The notes under the pieces: generated by a model
What the model saw: the letters and a program-made list of their open reading frames with translations, nothing else
Databases searched by the model: none
Told to the model about the DNA's origin: nothing
Part shown: positions 1-11,030 of the stretch, one piece after another
Layout: each line of letters opens with the position of its first letter
Numbering within the stretch: the first letter of the stretch is position 1
Translations under genes and position numbers: made by a program
Source: Callorhinchus milii
Lineage: Eukaryota
Assembly (NCBI RefSeq): GCF_018977255.1
Contig: NW_024704742.1
Location: 58,406,001-58,470,000, forward strand
Reading direction: 5' to 3'
Length of the DNA: 64,000 nt

Positions 1-505
1 AAACCCTTATTTCAAATGAGTCATTTTGACATTCTGTAGTTCCATTTGATACAGTGCCTTATTATAATAATTAAATTTTGTATAGCACCTTTTATTATCG
101 GGAGGGCGTCGTCTCAAAGTGCTTCACGGGATATACTGTGAAGATTGGTAACTATTTTGTAAGCAAAAACATAAATTATCTGTTACATAAAAGGAATCTT
201 TTCAGCTGTCAACAGGCTAATGCTGCACAGTACAGACCGAGTATAATCCCATCGCTCAACCGTCATTACTGAGCTAGGGTGTAGTCGTTGAGATGGGTTG
301 CTCACCACTTTGTCTGCGAAAATAATTTAAATGCCCTTAAATCCTCCTTCCTCCTCTCCTGATTCATTGCTCCCCTATATAGTCGTCTCTGAAAAGTACT
401 TTGAGGTATTTTTATTTCTCCTACCATAAAAGGTGCTAGATAAATACAACTTGTTTCATGAACCTTGTTTTTGATTGTAATTCACCTTTTGAACATTTCA
501 TTTAG

Positions 506-622
506 TTTGCCACGCGGAATTAAATGCAATTCTGAACAAGAACTCTGCCGATGTGAAGGGATCCACAATGTATGTGGCCTTGTTTCCCTGTAATGAATGC
601 GCTAAACTCATCATCCAGTCAG
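506..622 (+). CDS. DCTD: dCMP deaminase, internal coding exon carrying the zinc-binding active site
   Basis: tttAG acceptor at 504-505 and GTaag donor at 623; 117 bp; translates (V)[38 protein letters not shown](G), containing the HAE and PCxxC deaminase motifs. Upstream exons lie outside the window. Confidence 0.97.
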
Positions 623-2247
623 GTAAGATTTAACTGTTGCACCATTTCCATTTGCTGCATTTGTGTACTGTTTTGTAGCTCAATATCTCATTTATAAAGC
701 AACTTCTTTTTTAAACTAGTACCCTTTGATCCAAATTAATCATACTATCAGTTTCACAAAAACATATCTGTTTCTGTCCCTGAATGGTGTCAGAATCCAA
801 ATGACTAATTGCCACATGTGCAAGTCTTAACCTGTTTTTAATTTAAATCAGCAGCCTTCTAAAACACGGGCTGCCAAAGCAGAACACGAGCAGTGTACAT
901 AATTAATGTCAGGTTGCAGTGCAAAAAGACCTTGAATATATATTTGAAAGATTACTGGGGGAATTATATGGTTGCAGATGGATTTGGTTGGGGCAGCGCA
1001 CTTTGTGATCAATTTATAAACCGGACAAGATTGCAGTCTTAAATTATATACTCATAATTTCCATACATGCTGTGGTGGAGTTCCAAAAGCTGATTTATTT
1101 ACAACTATTGTATAATTGTATTCAAGGTTTGAGAAGTTTTGACATTTATTTTGTTAGACTGTAATAAAAAGGTGTTAAACTCTCCTGTTTAGATAAGGAT
1201 TTTCAAAGGTAATAATTGGGCCTATTAATCTGCTGCTCACATCTGTATTGTTAAACTACCTCCACCCAATTGTCAAAGGATCTTCATCTAACAAAGAGTG
1301 CTCTGCAAAAACGAATAAGTAATATTTTTGCTTAAAAGGGTTGAGAAGTCTTCTCTTGCTATGATGATCGATGGCTCTTCCTCCTCTACTGAGGGCATTT
1401 AACTCCTTTTCCTTCTGGTGTCTGGTTCTTTTCGTAACTTGAATGCAGGATCATCATTCATGTGTTGAAGTTTCCCGGTGATGGCTGGTAGGCTTCTCGA
1501 AGGGCATTCCAGCCTTGATCGTATATACTCACACCTTCAAACAGGGGTCTCCAAATAGTGATCTGGAAGAGGAAACTTGGCTGATTTTATCTCCTTTTTT
1601 AGGCCAGAGACCAATTGTGGTACCCCAAGTCTGAATGACTCAATGCTGCATTGCACTGATACAATGATTTTAAGAATGCGCACTTATATTTCCCCCCTTG
1701 TATTCTTGGGTGTATCACGTAACATTGGTGCAATGTCAGATTATTCTAAACTCAGTACCTCAGTCCTTGATCTGTGCCATGCTGCTGGTAGACTGGGTTA
1801 TTCCCCAGAGGTAGAGGGTAGGAAGAATATCATCACTTGCCACCTCATGGTCAGCTGAAGAGTGGTAAGGGTCACAGGTCTGGGTTCTGGTTAAGATCCT
1901 TTGGCTGCAGTGGCTTTATGGCTCAACAAAATCTCTATTATGGAAATGGGGGAGCGGAAGGTGGGTGGGGTGGTGGGGAATACATATCTACGGATTCCAG
2001 CATTTATTTTGTAGGAAATGTTTGAAGGAAAAAGATGACTAATGTACTACAGTAAAACTGGGTTAGATAGCAGGGCGTGGGACTGCACAGCTGCTGCAGC
2101 TCTCTACGCTAGCTTATTTCTAAGTGCTACTTCGTATATTAATTTATTTCAAACAGGGTAAGTTTTAATAAAAAAAAGCTTGGTAAAACATTTATGATCA
2201 CATATTGAGAGCAGTAGATAATTCGTCCAATATCACAACAACCATCT

Positions 2248-2535
2248 CTGGATGAGACTTTAAACCAAGGTTTCATCTGCCTTTTCAGGTGGATGTTAAA
2301 GATCCTATGGAATTATTTGAAAAGAGAAGGGAGTTTCTCCTGGTGCCCTGGCTAATGATTCCCCCCTAAAATAAAATTTGTCACTCCATAGCTGTTTGTG
2401 GAACATTACTGTGCACAACTGGCTGCTGCGTTTCACCCACAAAATATACCTTACAGTATATCCTGTGAAGCGCTTTGATACGTCTCACTGACATTATAAG
2501 TTGCTGTATCAAATGAAAAGATTATTATTGTATTA
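2248..2535 (+). mobile_element. Deu-domain SINE (SacSINE1/AmnSINE-like), 5'-truncated
   Basis: GGATGAGAC...AGGTGGATGTTAAAGATCCTATGG...GCTGTTTGTGG...GGCTGC body followed by an L2-type tail ending in (ATT)n. Confidence 0.75.
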
Positions 2536-4625
2536 GTGATAATGCCACCAACAGTGGGATCAACTACATTGAAAGATTTTTATCTGCTCCTTTTGAAGTA
2601 AGTTTTTTTTAAAAAAATCCTATTATTGAGTAGTGAGGGCACGAGGCAATCATGGAGCGGGTGGTAGACATGCAAGAAAAGCAAACTGCGGTGAGAACTG
2701 CGGGGTCAATCAGAATATCACGGCTTCAATCCTTACTTTGCCTTTGTGCACTCAAAGGATTGTAAAATGAGCAGCCTCTCACTGCCTTGCCACTGTGCCT
2801 GTGATCTCTCAAAGCCAACAAGAGTAAATGTAATTTTAAAAGGCAGCTTTCACAGCAGAACTGTAATTGTCATCTGCAGAATTTTATTTGAAAACTTGAA
2901 ATGAGCGAGATCCAAAAAATTATTATAATGGTCTCCCGAAGATCCAGTGGGTAGAGTCCTCACCCAGTGCAGCAGATGGGTGCTGCGTTAGCTGATCTCA
3001 GCCTGGGCAGCAAAAGAGGTACAGTAACTGAGCGAGGAGGGGGAAAAGCAGCTGTATCTCTAGCTGCATGGAGCTGCATTTAACTGGACGTCGATGATCC
3101 ACAGGTTCGATCTCTGCTGTAATGTTCCGCATTCCCTCTCCCCTCTGAGAAATCCATGCAGTTACAGTGTGTGTGTGTGTCCGTGCGTGTGAGCAGTTAA
3201 CGAATCTGGACAGCTTCACCAGCTGCAGTCAGGATGAAGTTGGTGGAGCACCTACACACATCACAGTCAGTAAACCGTCACTCTGAACTATTGTTTTCCT
3301 GTCGTGCTGCATTTTCATCCAGGAAGTGGGGTGCTGTGTGCAGTCTTTGCATACCAATGTTCTCCTCGCTGTGTTGGTGTTGCTTTGATTGATGTCGAGC
3401 CAGTAAGTTTGGAAGCTGAACACTGATTTAGACCATTGGATTTATTCTTCTCTGAATGTTATGACATCCTTCTTTTAGGAAACAATTACTTAACACTTTT
3501 TTTGTATTGGCAAATTCAAGATTGGGGATAAGATCTCTGTCTGATCGACTTTTTCACTGCAGTAAAAGTGCACAAGGGAACAATGCAGACAGCTTGGTGT
3601 GTGAACTGTGTGCATACAAACCAAACGGATACTTAAGCCACCTGTTAAGACAATAATTGCCTTATAATGCTTAAACTTATAAAATTCATGTCAATGGATT
3701 AAAGAAATGTTTCCGTTTATTTGATTCGGAAACCATTTTCAATATTTATCATATTTTTCAAGCGATTTTTCTTTACCTTTCACACATTCCACTTTCATAC
3801 CATTGGTGACTCGAGAACATACTGTTCCAACTACAGGACAGTGTGATAGAACACTCACTGTTCACTTTAGAGGGTGAAGCTACTGTGGACTCGTGCCATG
3901 TAGTCCTGGTTTCCAGGTCAGCGGGTCAACACGAAAACCCCTTCCTCTGTATCATCACTTCCTGCATGAGCTATGCAGCGGAAGGGATGCTGATGTCACT
4001 TTACAACGGATGTGATGTCAGCAGAACTTCCTGTTCATCCCTGCATCAGCGACGACCTGTAAGTGGGCCATTTTGTTGTATTTCATTGTCACGCCCCCGA
4101 GATATTGGAGCCGGACAACATTATCTTAAGTAAATTCCAGCAGCCGTGTTCAACAGTGGAACACTTTGTGGCGCACGGTACAGTTACAGTCTGCCTTTTA
4201 TACATTTCCTTTTTCCCTTCCTTCTAAAATGTTCTCTTGCAGATGTCACATTTGCAGGAGCCTTAAGCAATGTTTGTTCTGCAAGCTTCCGTGGAATTGC
4301 AGTCTGACACTGATGAGAAACTCAGACTTCCACGGGCCTAATTGGAAGTCACACAGAGGTGTTGAACCTACCTGTAAAGAAAGTTCCAGCATTTAGTCAG
4401 CCTCTGGTACCCTAGAGAGCTCAAGAGATTGTTTTAATACAGATACATGAGAAATCTCGCCTATTGAATCGTTCATCCAGTAATACCTCAGCAGCCAGGA
4501 CAGAATTCGCTTCAGGCGCCCTAGGAGTTTTACAGTACACTGAATTCTGACCTATATGTTACTTTGGTAACCATATCTTTTTTAATGATGTGTCAAAGAT
4601 TTATAATAATAATATGGTGACCCTG

Positions 4626-4929
4626 TGGAATCTTGTAGCTCAGTGGTTAGAGCACTCACAAGCGAGAGACCTGGGTTCTCTTCCCGGTAGGGCGAAACCT
4701 TGGGCAAGTTTCCTTATTACACATGCCTAATAATCCCTCAAGGAAATAAATAAAATAACAATTTGGTCACTCAAACCATGACTGTTTTGAGACACTTCTG
4801 TACACAATTGGCTGCCGTGTTTCGCCCACAAATATACAGTCAATTCACTTTACAGTATATTTGAAGCGCTTTGGGACGCCTAGAAGATGTGAAAAGCACT
4901 ATATCAAATGCAAGGGTTATTATTATTAT
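4626..4929 (+). mobile_element. tRNA-Ala-derived SINE, short subfamily
   Basis: A box TAGCTCAGTGG, degenerate B box, shared body, stem-loop tail and (ATT)n. Confidence 0.88.
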
Positions 4930-5127
4930 ACTCTTTTTCCCACCCCCAACCCAAAACAAAAATGTGTTGTAATATTTGAGCATTAACGGGTATTAAATTC
5001 TAGTGTGGAGTAAGCTGTGGGCTGTACAGATAGTGAGGGAAAAGGCAAGGTTCAATGGTCTTTTGGAAAAACATGGAATCCAAGCTTTTTTGTCAGAATT
5101 TTACAGTTTGCTATTATGTGTCAGTCT

Positions 5128-5535
5128 GCCTCAGTCGGTAACACTTTGCCTCCGCGTCGAAAGGTTGCGGACTCAAGCCCCATATCAGGACTTTGAACTT
5201 GTATAGTCGAGACTTGACACTTCAACACAGTGCTGGGAGTGTGCTGCATTGTTGGAGGTTTAGTCCTTCGACTGAGTTAAAACTGAGGACCTGTCTGCTT
5301 GTTCAGATGGTGGCTAAAGATCTCATTGCACTATTCAAAAACAGAAGGGCGTTTGCCCTGATCTGGCCAACTATCCACCAAATAAAATTAGTCATTTACT
5401 TCATTGCTATTTGTGGGACTTTGCTGTGCACAAATTGCTGCATTTGTCTACAAAATACAATCACTACACTCAAGGCAGTAAAATCCCTTGAAGCACTTTT
5501 AGATTTCCTACCATCAAATGTAATTATTATTACCA
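5128..5535 (+). mobile_element. Near full-length, diverged Deu-domain SINE
   Basis: tRNA-like head (CTCAGTCGGTAACAC...GGTTGCGGACTCAAGCCCC), Deu-like body, degenerate tail. Confidence 0.7.
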
Positions 5536-5671
5536 ATTGTAAGTCCTGCGTGTTATGTCAAATCATATTGAATACAATATATTACGAAATTCGCACAGAA
5601 TGCAATCTGAATCTCCATTTGAGGGTGTATTACATCAGCATTTAATGCATTTTTTTGCATTTTTTGTCTAG

Positions 5672-5768
5672 GCATAAAGAAAATTATTTACATGTCCGAT
5701 AAGTATTGTGAAATGGCAGAAATGAAGGCCTCCAAGCGTCTTTTAGATATGGCTGGTGTAGAATGTAG
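5672..5768 (+). CDS. DCTD: dCMP deaminase, penultimate coding exon
   Basis: Polypyrimidine tract + AG at 5670-5671 and GTaagt donor at 5769; 97 bp; phase matches the previous exon; translates GIKKIIYMSDKYCEMAEMKASKRLLDMAGVEC, similar to vertebrate DCTD. Confidence 0.95.
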
Positions 5769-7935
5769 GTAAGTAGAAGATGCAGTGTTGGAAAGCGCAA
5801 TAGTGACATATGATGAGCTATGAAAATCCTCCAGGTGTTTTTTGAAAGATGAAAATTGTGATATGCACAGAGATACACTTTTGTGCTATTATTCCGATTT
5901 GTCTTTTTAGGGAGAATACATCTTCCTACCAATTCATAGTTGTGCAGAGGTGACGTGAAGAAATCCGGAGAGGACCATTTACAGCATGTTCTGGCTGGTT
6001 CCTTTTTCTAAAATAACATTATCTTTTCATGGGATGGGGGAGTGGAGTGGAGGGTGGAAAGCTTGAGTTCTGTTTCTTCCTCCCTTCGCTCCCCCTTACT
6101 TTGGAAGCAATTTTAGCACCCTGAATCCTGTCCAGCAGAGACCAACAACTTGCATTTGCATCAGTAACCTCACGTCAACCCACAATTGAATTCTGCAGCT
6201 CTATATGGCCTTGGCTTGACCTAGCAAGTCATTGATAGAGCCGTACGAGCATTGCTAATGGAGTTTACAGGGCAAACATTTGCCTCTCGTAACTACATTA
6301 ACATTAGTAACCAGTTGTTTTTTCATTGATTTTTATGGCAGTCTTGCAAGTAAACATTCTTTTTCTTAACCTGAGCTCTCCTCAGTTATCTAAAACAATC
6401 TTGTGTCCTGTGTGTCAGTTACATCTCGGCTGCCTTCACTTCCCTTTTGTTTGAGTAGAGGTCATGGCACTGTGCAGTAGTCAGATGAAAGCAAATAGTT
6501 TAAAAGAAGCTTTCCTTTTTAGTTGAATAGTAGCAGTGGGAAACTGATCATAAAGGTCCCTAGTTTGATCTGAGTTGGGGGTGGGGCTTTAAATGCTATG
6601 ATTGCCCTCAGCCTTCCGGGCTAGGGAGAGAAATATCTCCTGGTTACTGGGAAATATGGATGTTGGGTGACGTTCCACAGTTGAACTTTCAATCATAAAT
6701 CACTTTCTAAGTTTGCAGGTTAATGTTCTTGTCATTTGTTTCAAGAACAAATTAGATAGATTTCTGCTAGAAAATAATATCTCAGGATACAGTATATAGT
6801 TAGGGACACGACATGTCAAGCGACTGCCAGGGTGGTGGAAGGCGAACTAAATGGATCTTGGTCTTCTTTCACCTCGCAAATTCTTATGTTTGTATGTTAA
6901 AAATTCATTGGGCGGGGGAGGTGATAATGAACTTCATAAGTCCTGACTCAAGTATAAGTTGATCACCATGAGGAGAGGAATAGACAATCTGAGAAATGTC
7001 TCAGTGGTGGAACCTATTAACTCCTCATCAGCACAATTGACACTGAGAGCAAATCAGAAGTGATTTTAAACATGGTGCAGTGTGTTAGGTGAGTATGATT
7101 ACCATCATATGGCTGTAGTACTGTACAACATGAACCATAGTTTTTCGAGCCCAACACTGCAGACTCACTTGCAGCAGGCATGAAAACAATTTGGAAGCAA
7201 TGCCAGTTACTCAAGATTTTTTTTTTGATAATGCTTGCCTAAGATATTGTTAAGAGATAAGCCTATAAAATAACTGATTCCATTGCACACACAACTAACT
7301 GCTGGCATTTTGAACTCGTTTCTAGGCCTCTTTTCTTCAAAAGGTAACCAAGATTAGCCCTCAAAGCATTCTAACCCACTAATAAGTGTTGTTGAGGATA
7401 CTTTTCCTCTTTGGACTTTCCTCTTTATTCATCTGGTGTAAAGGCACTCTGTATAGGCACTTACCTGTAGCCCGTTTTGGGGGGAGCTGGCTGCATGTGC
7501 ATCAGGTGGGAAAGGTTATTTAATTAGTTTCACAGAGTGCCAGGATTTGACTTTTCTGCAGCCTAAACTGCTGAGAGATTATTTTCATTTCTGCTATTCT
7601 AACTAAATTTCCTACACAAGGAAAAAATTAGGGAACCTTGCTGTTGATTCCTATCGAGCGACACCCCTGCTTGTATGGATTTCTGTTAAGAATAGGAGAT
7701 GTCTAAGCTTTGCTGCCTCCCAAGATTGGGTAACCTTCTCATTCCCACAAATATGGAATGGCTACTTAGGTCAGGAACCAGAGCAAGTACTTGTGAGTGT
7801 CTCCAGATTACCGGCTGTTGCTTGTTGTGTTAATCTTTTCCGTCAATACATGATGAAAAGTGACAAATTTCATCCCATTTGAAATCTGAAATTATTTTGT
7901 GTACTAATCTACTTTTTTGTTTTTGTTTAATGCAG

Positions 7936-8041
7936 TCCATTTACTCCGAAGCACAGAAAGATTGTCATCGATTTTGATTCAATAAACAAGATTGAAAATC
8001 GTGACATAACGTGCTCCACTGCCCCTGGGTGTTCCCACTGA
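7936..8041 (+). CDS. DCTD: dCMP deaminase, last coding exon (TGA at 8039-8041)
   Basis: T-rich tract + cAG at 7934-7935; in frame with the previous exon: (S)PFTPKHRKIVIDFDSINKIENRDITCSTAPGCSH*. KIVIDFDSIN matches the DCTD C-terminus. Confidence 0.93.
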
Positions 8042-8489
8042 AGCCTCAAATCCTCCACTGCGGAGAAACTCAATTGCTCCTTTTTATATCTTGAATTGTA
8101 TTTTTAAAAAAAAGTTTAAATGTTGGGTTAGGACTAAACTGCTGTTAGATGTACGTAAGGTACTGTAATGTGCTTTTTGTTTCCACAACAAGAATTTCTT
8201 TCATACAATATTGTTAACAGAAGGGGTGTGAGAGGAAACTCTGTGAGATTTATTTTTGAAGCTTGTTTTAGAAAGAATTCTACAGAGGCAAATGTTATTG
8301 GAGGAGGGTGTTACATGTTGCATATTTTTTAAAACAAATGTATTTGCTAAAACAAGCAAAAAGCACTCCGGGACACTGCCCTGCATGAGGGGTGCTATAT
8401 ACATGTAAGTTGTTGTTGTATACACTTTGGTTGCTTAGGAATTGTATGTGGGAAATTTTGTTTTCGTTTACTTACATTTGACTTGTGGG

Positions 8490-8529
8490 AATAAAATACA
8501 GGTGGAGATAAAATATTTTATTTATTAAA
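8490..8529 (+). terminator. Candidate DCTD polyadenylation signals (AATAAA 8490-8495, ATTAAA 8524-8529)
   Basis: Canonical hexamers ~450 nt after the stop, in an AT-rich 3'UTR-like segment; usage is inferred. Confidence 0.5.
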
Positions 8530-8695
8530 TAGATAGGGTGGAGTGGGGGAAGAATCCCCTTCACCTTTGCATCCAGGGGTGGCTTAGATAAGCAATGAGC
8601 CCATTTCAGGGCTGTGCTCGTCTCATTGTGTTAACCTCAGTAAGAATGCTCCTTTCCTTTTCAATAGTGCATCATTTTACATTCAATATCAATTG

Positions 8696-9020
8696 TGGAG
8701 TCCTGTAGCTCAGTGGTTAGAGCACTCGCTTTGCAAGCGAGAGACCTGAGTTCAATTCCAGGCAGTGCGAAACCTTGGGCAAGTTTCCTTACTCCACACG
8801 CCTAATAATAATCCCTCCAAAAAAAACAAAAACAATAATAAATTGGTCATTTTCAATCTACGACTGTTTGTGGGACATTGCTGTGCGCAATTGGCTGCCG
8901 CGTTTGCCCACAAATATACAGTCAATTCACTTTACAGTGTGTTCTGTGAAGCGCTTTGGGACGTCCTCCCGACGTGAAAAGCGCTATATCAAATGCAAGG
9001 ATTATTATTATTATTATTAT
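8696..9020 (+). mobile_element. Young tRNA-Ala-derived SINE
   Basis: A box 8706-8716, B box GAGTTCAATTCC 8748-8759, anticodon arm CTCGC-TTTGCAA-GCGAG (TGC = Ala), tail GCGCTTTGGGACGTCCTCCCGACGTGAAAAGCGC and (ATT)n; nearly identical to the copies at 14938 and 60509. Confidence 0.92.
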
Positions 9021-9334
9021 ATCTGGAAACATCTGTTATAAGCTCACGTGATAACGTGTGTGTGTGTACATATATATCCTCAGAAACCTAGATCTACATA
9101 TCACTTAGACTTAATTTCAGCTACTAAGTTGGATAGTAATATCCATTTTCTGAAAGTTAATGTAAGTGATTCATTTGTTGTAATCACAGGGACATGCTAT
9201 TCAATAAAATCTCCGGTGATGGGCCATTTGTAATGTATGCATCACATTTACTCTACAGCATCACTGAGAAGAAAATGGAGGTAATTGTTAATGTTATTAT
9301 CCGTCTAAACAAAACAAAATCCTGGAGAAGAAGA

Positions 9335-9875
9335 AAAGGAAACCACATATGGATGGGATAGAACTTGCTAATGAGGAAGCTGAAAGAAATCTATGGGTGT
9401 TAGGTGACTAATTGTTCATCATGTCAAAGGAGTGTGAGGCAACAATAAATGAGGCAAACGGGATGTTGGGCTACATCCCCAAATCAGTTTGGGATCAGTT
9501 AATTCAGATTAATGAGCTATAAGCTTAGCTTCTTCAGTCTTAAAGGGAGAAATCTCAGACAGAACCTTATATGTGTGTAACATTTTAAATGTGATTGAAG
9601 CAGTAAACTTGGAACAATATTTTCACATGCACAAGGATGAACAAGAACTAAGTTTAGAATTCCAAAGAGCAATTTCAGGACTGACATTGGCAAGTATTTC
9701 TTTATCTAGAGAGTAATTAACGAATGGAACAGGTTACAGGAAGAGTGATTGGGACCAGGAAGCTGGAGTCGTTTTTAAAAAAACTCAATGCTGTGATGGG
9801 AGGATGTAAGGGGAGTATTCAGGAAGGATGAGATCAACTGAGCTGAAGGGAACTACATCCAAACTGATCTTGTAA
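9335..9875 (+). mobile_element. Decayed CR1 LINE 3' fragment
   Basis: Remnants of the CR1 ORF2 C-terminus (ANGMLGYI-like; RVINEWNRL-like) and a CR1-type 3'UTR. Confidence 0.6.
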
Positions 9876-10639
9876 AGACCAGAAAAGAAACTCTTTCAGA
9901 ATGTATGACGTCTTTCTAATGCTACTTCTAACTCCATGACCTGTCAGAATAGGTGTCTAGAGATTATGATGGAGCATTTTGTCAATACTGCATGCTGAGA
10001 ACTTATATTTAAATTCTCATTGATTCAGAATTGATGCTTTTCATAACTAATGTTTAAAGAAAGTGCAGGTGTTTAACCTTTGTTTTATCAATATTATGAC
10101 GTTGACAATCTAAAAAGGTCAGCAAACTTCAAAACAGCTTTATTTGCTGACAGGCTTTTGTTATAGAGAAACGTGACCTCAATACGTTGGAGAGATACTC
10201 AAAAAGCATGTACTTCAACATCTGTCCAAAACTGCAATAGAGGGCTAAGCTATCAATTACCTTCACTTAAAAGGTAATGAAACCTGACTACGGTAAATTA
10301 ATGACATATATTAGAGGCAGTGATAGCACCAGCAATTATAGCTCCTGTGGCATCTCAGAATGGGAGGTAAACGAGTCAGCAACTGAGTTCCATTGGAATT
10401 GTTCTGGCTTACATTTTTTCCTGCCCTTAGGCACAGTTCATATATCATCCCTGCTGCTGCTCTTGATTTTAAAATTGAATTAGTAGGTCACGATGCATAC
10501 AGTGCAAAGCATACTGACTAGCAGATATTTTAATGGTCTGAGTCCCATAGCCAGACTCACTGAAAAGTTCCTGTGCTTATACCACTATAACATGCTCAGT
10601 CTCCACCTATTAGGGAAACCAAATCATGATTTTGGCCTC

Positions 10640-11030
10640 ACAGTCTAGGTTGCTACTCCAATGCTGGGGGTGTGCTGCATTGTTGGAGGTGTCCGCTTTC
10701 AGACGAGACGTTAAACCGGGGATCCGTCTGCCTGTTCATGTGGATGCCAAAGATCCTATGGCACTATTCAAAAAGAAAAGGGAGTTTCTCCTGACACTGG
10801 CCAACAATCCCCTAAATAAAACTGGTCACTCACTTCATGGCTGTCTGTGGGAAATTGATCCCTGTGTGAAGGGAGCGATATAAATGCAAGTTGTTGGACA
10901 TTGCTGTGTGTAAATTGGCTGCCAAGTTTACCAACAAATACACAGTTTCTACTATGCTTCACAATAAAATGTGTGGAAGTGCTCTGAGATGTCTTGACGA
11001 CGGGTTAGCTATACCAAGTGCAACATTTAT
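10640..11030 (+). mobile_element. Deu-domain SINE interrupted by a short L2-type tail (~10855-10895)
   Basis: GTGCTGCATTGTTGGAGGTGTCC...AAAGATCCTATGGCACTATT body; an internal ATATAAATGCAAGTTGTT tail, after which the SINE resumes with GGACATTGCTGTG. Confidence 0.7.

Noticed and set aside
7981..7986. AATAAA as the DCTD poly(A) signal
   Set aside because: It lies inside the coding exon (S-I-N codons); use would remove the stop codon.
8697..8770. tRNA-Ala(TGC) gene
   Set aside because: A/B boxes and the anticodon arm are present, but the acceptor stem is poor and it continues into a SINE body; the same head occurs in many copies.
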